From assembly GCA_046290465.1 (NCBI GenBank), contig JBKAGP010000001.1, forward strand, positions 896,001 through 960,000: a DNA stretch of 64,000 bases, read 5' to 3'. Position 1 is the stretch's first letter; each line of letters starts with the position of its first letter. Both the position numbers and the translations under genes were made by a program. The notes under the pieces are model-generated. The model saw only the letters and a program-made list of their open reading frames with translations. It did no database searches and was not told the DNA's origin. This DNA is from Planctomycetota bacterium (lineage in GTDB: Bacteria; Planctomycetota; UBA1135; UBA2386). This document shows positions 57,295 through 64,000 of this stretch, piece after piece.

Positions 57295-58248
57295 TTACCA
57301 CCAGTGGATGCGTACGCTGTTGGAGGTGGCGAAGGCGCCGGCGCCGTCGGTGACGACGCCCTGAGCGTAGAGGTCGAAGCCGGCGGGCAGGGGTGGCAAG
57401 TCGAAGACGAAGGAGCCGCCGAGCAGAACCGCATCGACCGTCACCAGCTGCACGAGGCCCGGGCCGAGCGGCAGGTGCGTCGGCTGGAAGCCGAGCACGG
57501 TGACGAACGGCGACAGGGCGACCAGCGGCGACGACAGCTCGAGGCTCCAGCGGTCGACGGCGACCAGCTCGGGCTCGAGATACACCAGCGTCGGCAAAGC
57601 CGCGAAGCGCTCGAGGTAGCCGCGACCGGGCACGAACTCGCCGCGCAGGCGCGCTTCGCCCGAGCCGGCCAGCCCCAGCGCGGCGCCGGCGGCGGCGGTC
57701 GACGACATCTCGATGCGCACGGTCACCCCCTGCGCGGTCACGGTCAGCGGCACCAACACCTCGCTGTCGGAGCTGCCGACCTCGAACGTCCCGTCGGCGC
57801 CGACATCGACAAGCACCGACGCGCTGCCGCCGCCCAGGAACAGCCGGCCGGCCTCGAGCACCAGCACGCCGTTCTCGATCGCACCCGACGACGACTGCAG
57901 CAGCACGTCGAGCGTGAACTGGCCCGACGTGCTCACGGTGGCGGCGAACGACAGCGCGCTGCTCAGCGACTCGACCTCGAACGCGGCGGTTCCGATGCTG
58001 GTCGGGGCGAGGTCCCACGCCGCCGTCGTGCCCGTCACCAGCGCCGACGCCGACCCGAACGTGCCCGGAGCCACCGACCCGACCGCCAGCGGCGCCGAGA
58101 CCACGTTGCCGCCGGCTGCGGCCTGGAAGGTCCCCGCCACCGGCGCGCTGGCCGTGACGATGACCTGGGCGGTCGAACCACCGGTGAGCAGCACCGATGC
58201 CAACAGGACCGCGCCGAGGACGGCGCGCGAGGGATCTCCTTCGTTCAT
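57295..58248 (-). CDS. Secreted beta-rich hypothetical protein with conserved-looking C-terminal domain
   Basis: Signal peptide ending STAQ; Ser/Gly/Ala/Val-rich; ends LPPLPAGFDLYAQGVVTD...TSNSVRI. Confidence 0.65.
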   Translation of the reverse strand: MNEGDPSRAVLGAVLLASVLLTGGSTAQVIVTASAPVAGTFQAAAGGNVVSAPLAVGSVAPGTFGSASALVTGTTAAWDLAPTSIGTAAFEVESLSSALSFAATVSTSGQFTLDVLLQSSSGAIENGVLVLEAGRLFLGGGSASVLVDVGADGTFEVGSSDSEVLVPLTVTAQGVTVRIEMSSTAAAGAALGLAGSGEARLRGEFVPGRGYLERFAALPTLVYLEPELVAVDRWSLELSSPLVALSPFVTVLGFQPTHLPLGPGLVQLVTVDAVLLGGSFVFDLPPLPAGFDLYAQGVVTDGAGAFATSNSVRIHWW

Positions 58249-58405
58249 GCCCGGATCCTAGCCAGACCGGCGCGCGCGCGCAGCGTCGCCCGCCCAGGCC
58301 GCCCTGCCGCCGTCGCCCGAGCCGCCGTGACCATCCCGTGACGCCCACACCACCGGGGATTCCCTCCGACGGCTATCGCTTCCGCTCGCCGAGGGTTACG
58401 ATCCG

Positions 58406-58756
58406 GTGGCCGACGTCATGCGCGAGCGCACCACGAAGGACAATACGTTCCCCCACTGGGTGGCCCTGCTGAGTCTGGGTTTCGCCCTGACCCTGTTCTT
58501 CGCGAACACCGTGCCCGCCCTGCGCGAGCGCGACGGCCTGCAGGAGGTCGAGTACGAACTCGCCGACCTGCGGCAGCGCTACGAGGACGCGATCCGCGCC
58601 AACCAGCTCGGGGTCGGCCAGGCCAGCGAATACGACCTGCAGTCGCTGCTGGTCGCGATCGACCGCCTCGGTTACACCCCGACGGAGCTGTGTGCGGCCC
58701 ACCCGGAGCGCCTCGCCGAAACCGACGATGCCGACGACCCGCGGGAACCTCGTTGA
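58406..58756 (+). CDS. Small bitopic membrane protein (TM plus coiled coil; FtsB/DivIC-like architecture)
   Basis: One TM segment, heptad region LRERDGLQEVEYELADLRQRY, then RLGYTPTE; start may be 58418. Confidence 0.6.
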   Translation: MADVMRERTTKDNTFPHWVALLSLGFALTLFFANTVPALRERDGLQEVEYELADLRQRYEDAIRANQLGVGQASEYDLQSLLVAIDRLGYTPTELCAAHPERLAETDDADDPREPR

Positions 58757-58814
58757 AGTTTCCCCGATCGAAGTTTCCCCGATCGAAGTGTCACCGATCG
58801 AAGTTTCCCCGATC
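58755..58814. repeat. 15-nt tandem repeat (4 copies) starting at the stop codon of the small gene, upstream of moxR
   Basis: gaagtttccccgatc x2, gaagtgtcaccgatc, gaagtttccccgatc. Confidence 0.9.
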
Positions 58815-58946
58815 GGAAGGCGTCGGAAGCCCGTTGCCATCCCAGCACATCTACCCCCGCATCCGTAGAGTCACCCTGACGCGAACCTTCCCAGACGAGC
58901 CCGGACGGTCCCCCGCCCCTCGTCGGAACCGAACCCCTCACAAGCC

Positions 58947-59997
<1,051 letters not shown>

Positions 59998-59999
<2 letters not shown>

Positions 60000-60020
60000 T
60001 CCATGCCAGGGGCATGGATC
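59998..60020 (+). terminator. 10-bp hairpin overlapping the moxR stop
   Basis: gatccatgcc-agg-ggcatggatc. Confidence 0.35.
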
Positions 60021-60190
60021 CCTGCGATCCGCCCTTGTCTCTTCCGCTGGGCGGGGCGGAAACAACACGGCGCAATCCACCCCGGGGAGCGCCGCTCGCC
60101 CAGCAGCGGCCCGATTCCAACCAACACGCGTCCGCAGCCCCTCGACGTCGAACCGGGCGTCGATGCGGAGCCTCGGACTGAGCAGGCAGC

Positions 60191-61105
60191 ATGACCGAAA
60201 CCCCAACCAACTACCTCGACCCGCGCGTGCTCGACAAGGTCGCGCGGCTCGAGCTGCGCGCGCGCCTGGTCGTCGAAGGCTTCGTGACCGGCATGCACAA
60301 GTCGCCGTATCGCGGCTTCTCGGTCGAGTTCGCGCAGCACCGTGAGTACGTGCCGGGCGACGACCTGCGCCACCTCGACTGGAAGATCTTCGCCAAGGCC
60401 GATCGCTACGTGATCAAGCAGTACGAGGAGGAGACCAACCTCCGCTGCCACCTGTTCCTCGACCAGTCCGAGTCGATGAACTACGCGGCCGACGAGGCGA
60501 TGTCGAAGTTCGACTACGGCGCGACCGCGTGCGCATCGCTGGCCTACATGATCCAGCAGCAGGCCGACGCCGTCGGCCTGACGCTGTTCGACGAGACGGT
60601 CGCCAAGCAGGTGCCGCCGTCGAACACCCGCCAGAGCCTCGGCAACCTGTTCCAGTCGCTCGAGCAGGCCAAGGCCCGCGAGCAGAAGACCAAGATCGGC
60701 ACGGTGCTGCACGAACTCGCCGGCCAGCTGCGCCAGCGCGGCATGGTGATGATCTTCAGCGACATGTTCGACGAGCCGGCGTCGATCATCCAGGGCCTGC
60801 GCGAGATCCGCAGCCGGGGCCACGACATCGTCGTGTTCCACGTCATGGACCACGACGAGCTCGAGTTCCCGTTCGAGCGGATGACGATGTTCCAGGGCCT
60901 CGAAGAACTGCCCGAACTGCTCTGCGACCCGAAGTCACTGCGCGACGCCTACCTCAACGAGGTCAACACCCACGCAGAAGAGCTGCGCAAGGGTTGTCTC
61001 GCGCAGCGCATCGACTACGTGAGGGTCGACACCATGAATCCCCTCGACGTCGTGCTGACGTCCTACCTCAGCGCCCGCGCGGCGCGCGGCAAGCGCAACA
61101 AGTAG
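60191..61105 (+). CDS. DUF58 / vWA-like protein
   Basis: GMHKSPYRGFSVEFAQHREYVPGDDLRHLDWK, DQSESM, IFSD. Confidence 0.92.
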   Translation: MTETPTNYLDPRVLDKVARLELRARLVVEGFVTGMHKSPYRGFSVEFAQHREYVPGDDLRHLDWKIFAKADRYVIKQYEEETNLRCHLFLDQSESMNYAADEAMSKFDYGATACASLAYMIQQQADAVGLTLFDETVAKQVPPSNTRQSLGNLFQSLEQAKAREQKTKIGTVLHELAGQLRQRGMVMIFSDMFDEPASIIQGLREIRSRGHDIVVFHVMDHDELEFPFERMTMFQGLEELPELLCDPKSLRDAYLNEVNTHAEELRKGCLAQRIDYVRVDTMNPLDVVLTSYLSARAARGKRNK

Positions 61106-61114
61106 CCACCGAGC

Positions 61115-63379
61115 GTGCAGTTCCTCAACCCAGCCCTGCTCGCCGGCGCGCTGCTGTTCGCCGTTCCGCTGCTGATCCACCTGCTCAACCGGCAGCGCCA
61201 CAAGCGGCGGCCGTGGGCGGCGATGGACTTCCTGCTGAGGGCCTACCAGAAGCAGCGCAACCGGCTCCGCAACGAGAACCTGCTGCTGCTGCTGCTGCGC
61301 TGCCTGATCCCGATCCTGCTGGCGCTGGCGATCGCCCGGCCGCTGCTGCAGGAGGCGATGTCGCTGCTGACCGGCGGCGGCACGGTGCACCACGTGTTCG
61401 TGCTCGACGGCTCGTACAGCATGGGCCTGCGGCAGGACGGCGCGCAGTCGCCGTACGAACGGTCGCGCGCGCTGGTCGGCCGGCTGCTGGACCGGTTCGA
61501 GAGCAACCCCAACCGCAACGACAAGGTCACGCTGGTGCACGCCGGCGTGCGCCCGCGCTTCGTCGTGCGCGGCGACCTCGACGTCGCCGCCGCCCGCGCT
61601 GGCTGGCTGCAGATGACCAAGCCCGACGACGCCGCGTCGGACTTGACCGAGGCGCTGTCGCAGGTCGTCGACGCGCTCGACGAGGCCAAGGACCCGCAGA
61701 CCCAGGTCTACGTGTTCACCGACCTGCAGCAGCGCGCGATGGGCGACAGCCTGAAGGAGCCCGACCAGGAGCAAGGCCCCGAGCTGGCCGACACGCTGCG
61801 CGACCTGGTCGCCGAACTGCAGGCACGTGAAGGGCTGCAGCTGCACTGGATCGACACCGGGCCGATGTCGTCGGGCCAGGGCGGCCGGCTCGACAACGTG
61901 CAGATCACCGAGCTGCGCCTGACCGATCCCGCCGCCGTGCAGAAGAGTCCGGCCGAGGTCATCGCGACGCTGCGCAACCTCGGCGACGAGACCGCAAGCT
62001 GCGAGGTCACGCTCGAGATCGACGGCGGCGAGCCGATGCGCAAGCTGCTGAAGGTGCCGGCCGGCGCCGACGGCGAGGCCGACTTCCAGCTGACGTTCCG
62101 CACGCCCGGCAAGCACAAGGTGCGCGCCGCGCTGGTGCAGGACGCCCTCAGCGCCGACGACGAACGCTTCCTGACCGTCGACGTGCGCGACCGCATCCGC
62201 ATCCTGCTGGTCGACGGCAAGGACGGCGGCGACCCGCTGAAGAGCTACGCGTATCTGTGGCAGGCGATGCTCGACCCCGACGAGAACGTGCTGCCGACGT
62301 TCGCGGTCGAGGTCGTCGACATCGTCACGCTGCTCGGCGGCCAGTGCACGCCGAAGGACTACGACGTGGTGGTGCTGGCCGACATCGAACGGCTCAACCA
62401 CCGCGCCGCGAGCGCGCTGACCGACGCGCTGCGCGCCGGCCGCGGCGTGCTGTGCCAGTTCGGCCCGCAGACCGAGGTCGAGTCGTTCAACCTGCACCTT
62501 CACGCCGCCGGCGAAGGCCCGATGCCATTCCGCCTGCTCGGCCCGCTCGGCGGCGCACCCGGCAGCTCGACGGTGCGCGCTCCGAGCATCGTCGACCCCG
62601 AACATCCGCTGCTGAAGGAGTTCGAGGAGGACATCTACCGCGAGATCCTGCAGGCCATCCCGATGTGGAAGTGGCACGGGGTCGCGTCCGATTCGATCCA
62701 GGAAGGCGCCGCCGTCGCGGTGCGCGTCACCGACGCCGAGCAGACCCCGCTGTTCGTCAGCAACGCGTTCGGCGAGGGCCAGGCCGTGTTCCTGACGTCG
62801 CCGATCGGCAGCGAATACGACGCCGACCGCTGGAACCGCCTCGACGACCCGCTGGTGGCGTTCCCGCTGCTGCACGGCATGGTCAAGTGGCTGGCGCTGC
62901 CGGCGACCGACCCGTTCGCGACCCGCGTCGGCGCCGAGCTGTCGTGCTCGCTCGACGCGCGCCCCGAGAACGTCGAGGTCAACCGACCCGAGCGCGACGG
63001 CCGCCCGCGGGCGCCGCTGGCCGAGGCGCCGCGGCCGCTGCCCGGCGGCCGGTTCGCGCTGCCGCCGTACTCCAACACGCGCTTCGCCGGCTTCTACGAG
63101 TTCGACATGACGCTCGATCGCGAGTCCGGCAAGGAGCCGCTGCGGCTGCCGTTCGCGGTCAACGTCGACCCGATCGAGGGCGAGCTGCAGTACCCGACCC
63201 ACGCCGAGGTGACGGCCGCGCTCGGCATCGAGCGCGTGCTCGACGCGCTGCCGGCGGTCGCCGAGGCCGACGACTCCCCCGACCGCAGTGAGCTGGGCCC
63301 GTCCCTGCTGCTGCTGACCCTGCTGCTGGTGCTCGGCGAAGCCGCGCTGGCGCGCTACGTCGCCGCGAGGAGGAGCTGA
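61115..63379 (+). CDS. BatA-domain / vWA membrane protein
   Basis: FLNP...VPLLIHLLNR, WAAMDFL, LLLLRCL...ARP, vWA DGSYSM, FTD, Ig-like and glutamine-amidotransferase-like segments, C-terminal TM. Confidence 0.88.
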   Translation: MQFLNPALLAGALLFAVPLLIHLLNRQRHKRRPWAAMDFLLRAYQKQRNRLRNENLLLLLLRCLIPILLALAIARPLLQEAMSLLTGGGTVHHVFVLDGSYSMGLRQDGAQSPYERSRALVGRLLDRFESNPNRNDKVTLVHAGVRPRFVVRGDLDVAAARAGWLQMTKPDDAASDLTEALSQVVDALDEAKDPQTQVYVFTDLQQRAMGDSLKEPDQEQGPELADTLRDLVAELQAREGLQLHWIDTGPMSSGQGGRLDNVQITELRLTDPAAVQKSPAEVIATLRNLGDETASCEVTLEIDGGEPMRKLLKVPAGADGEADFQLTFRTPGKHKVRAALVQDALSADDERFLTVDVRDRIRILLVDGKDGGDPLKSYAYLWQAMLDPDENVLPTFAVEVVDIVTLLGGQCTPKDYDVVVLADIERLNHRAASALTDALRAGRGVLCQFGPQTEVESFNLHLHAAGEGPMPFRLLGPLGGAPGSSTVRAPSIVDPEHPLLKEFEEDIYREILQAIPMWKWHGVASDSIQEGAAVAVRVTDAEQTPLFVSNAFGEGQAVFLTSPIGSEYDADRWNRLDDPLVAFPLLHGMVKWLALPATDPFATRVGAELSCSLDARPENVEVNRPERDGRPRAPLAEAPRPLPGGRFALPPYSNTRFAGFYEFDMTLDRESGKEPLRLPFAVNVDPIEGELQYPTHAEVTAALGIERVLDALPAVAEADDSPDRSELGPSLLLLTLLLVLGEAALARYVAARRS

Positions 63380-64000
63380 TGCTCGCCCACTGCATGCAGC
63401 AAGCCCAGGACGCCGCGGCCGAGACCACGACCTACGTCGAGGAGACGTTCCGCTTCCTCAACGCGCCGCCGCTGTGGGTGCTGGCGCTGGTCGTCGTGCC
63501 GGGCTCGATCGCGTTCGCGTGGTGGTCGTACAGCGGCCTCAAGCGGCTCGAACGGCCGACCCGCATCGTGCTGTCGACGCTGCGCTGGCTCGCGATCGTG
63601 TTCTGCGTCGTGCTGCTGTTCCAGCCGGCGTTCGAGATCACGACCTACCGCAAGACCAGAAACCAGGTGCACGTGCTGGTCGACGACAGCGCGTCGATGT
63701 CGCGCAAGGACCGCTACCCGTCGCCGGACCAGAGCGAGTCGCTGACCACCTGGGTCCCGGGTGACCTCGGCGACAAGACCCGCGCCGAGCTGGTGCAGGC
63801 GATCCTGGACGACGAGAAGGGCCTGCTGCCGCAGCTGCGCGAGACCCACGACGTGCGGCTGTTCCGCGTCGACCGCAAGCCGACGCCGATCCGTTCGCTC
63901 GACGAGGTGACCGCGCGCGGCAACCGCACCGCGCTCGGCGACGGCCTCGACCTGCACCTGCAGTCGGCGACCGGCGCCAACCTCGATGCGGTCATCCTGG
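63379..64000 (+). CDS. vWA-domain membrane protein (3'-partial)
   Basis: Not in the ORF track because it has no stop in the window. ATG overlaps the upstream TGA; translates to two TM segments, LRWLA...LLFQP, and MIDAS-like VLVDDSASM. Confidence 0.8.
   Translation, partial: MLAHCMQQAQDAAAETTTYVEETFRFLNAPPLWVLALVVVPGSIAFAWWSYSGLKRLERPTRIVLSTLRWLAIVFCVVLLFQPAFEITTYRKTRNQVHVLVDDSASMSRKDRYPSPDQSESLTTWVPGDLGDKTRAELVQAILDDEKGLLPQLRETHDVRLFRVDRKPTPIRSLDEVTARGNRTALGDGLDLHLQSATGANLDAVIL

Overview
High-GC (roughly 70% by eye), gene-dense bacterial chromosomal window with about 50 CDSs. The gene content points to a Planctomycetota member (inference): two ECF sigma/Ser-Thr kinase pairs, an AroD-AroE fusion, a zinc-ribbon SpoVG, nfeD-floA, and a moxR-DUF58-BatA-vWA cluster. 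Core genes are rpmI-rplT-pheS-pheT, egtB, glgA, a pssA-folK/panC-ispE-spoVG-DUF2520-aroDE operon, hpt, upp and eno. I found no tRNA, rRNA, CRISPR array, transposase or integrase. Main leads: (1) three paralogous ATP-grasp ligases around glycogen synthase; (2) a recurring C-terminal domain on three unrelated secreted proteins, a candidate sorting signal; (3) short 15/18-nt-period tandem arrays at gene 3' ends, one of which seems to have fused two nfeD genes; (4) a secreted MBL-lamin-tail hydrolase between hpt and upp; (5) frequent TAnnnT boxes 6-9 nt before start codons, suggesting leaderless or near-leaderless mRNAs. All family calls come from motif recognition by eye; no database searches were run.
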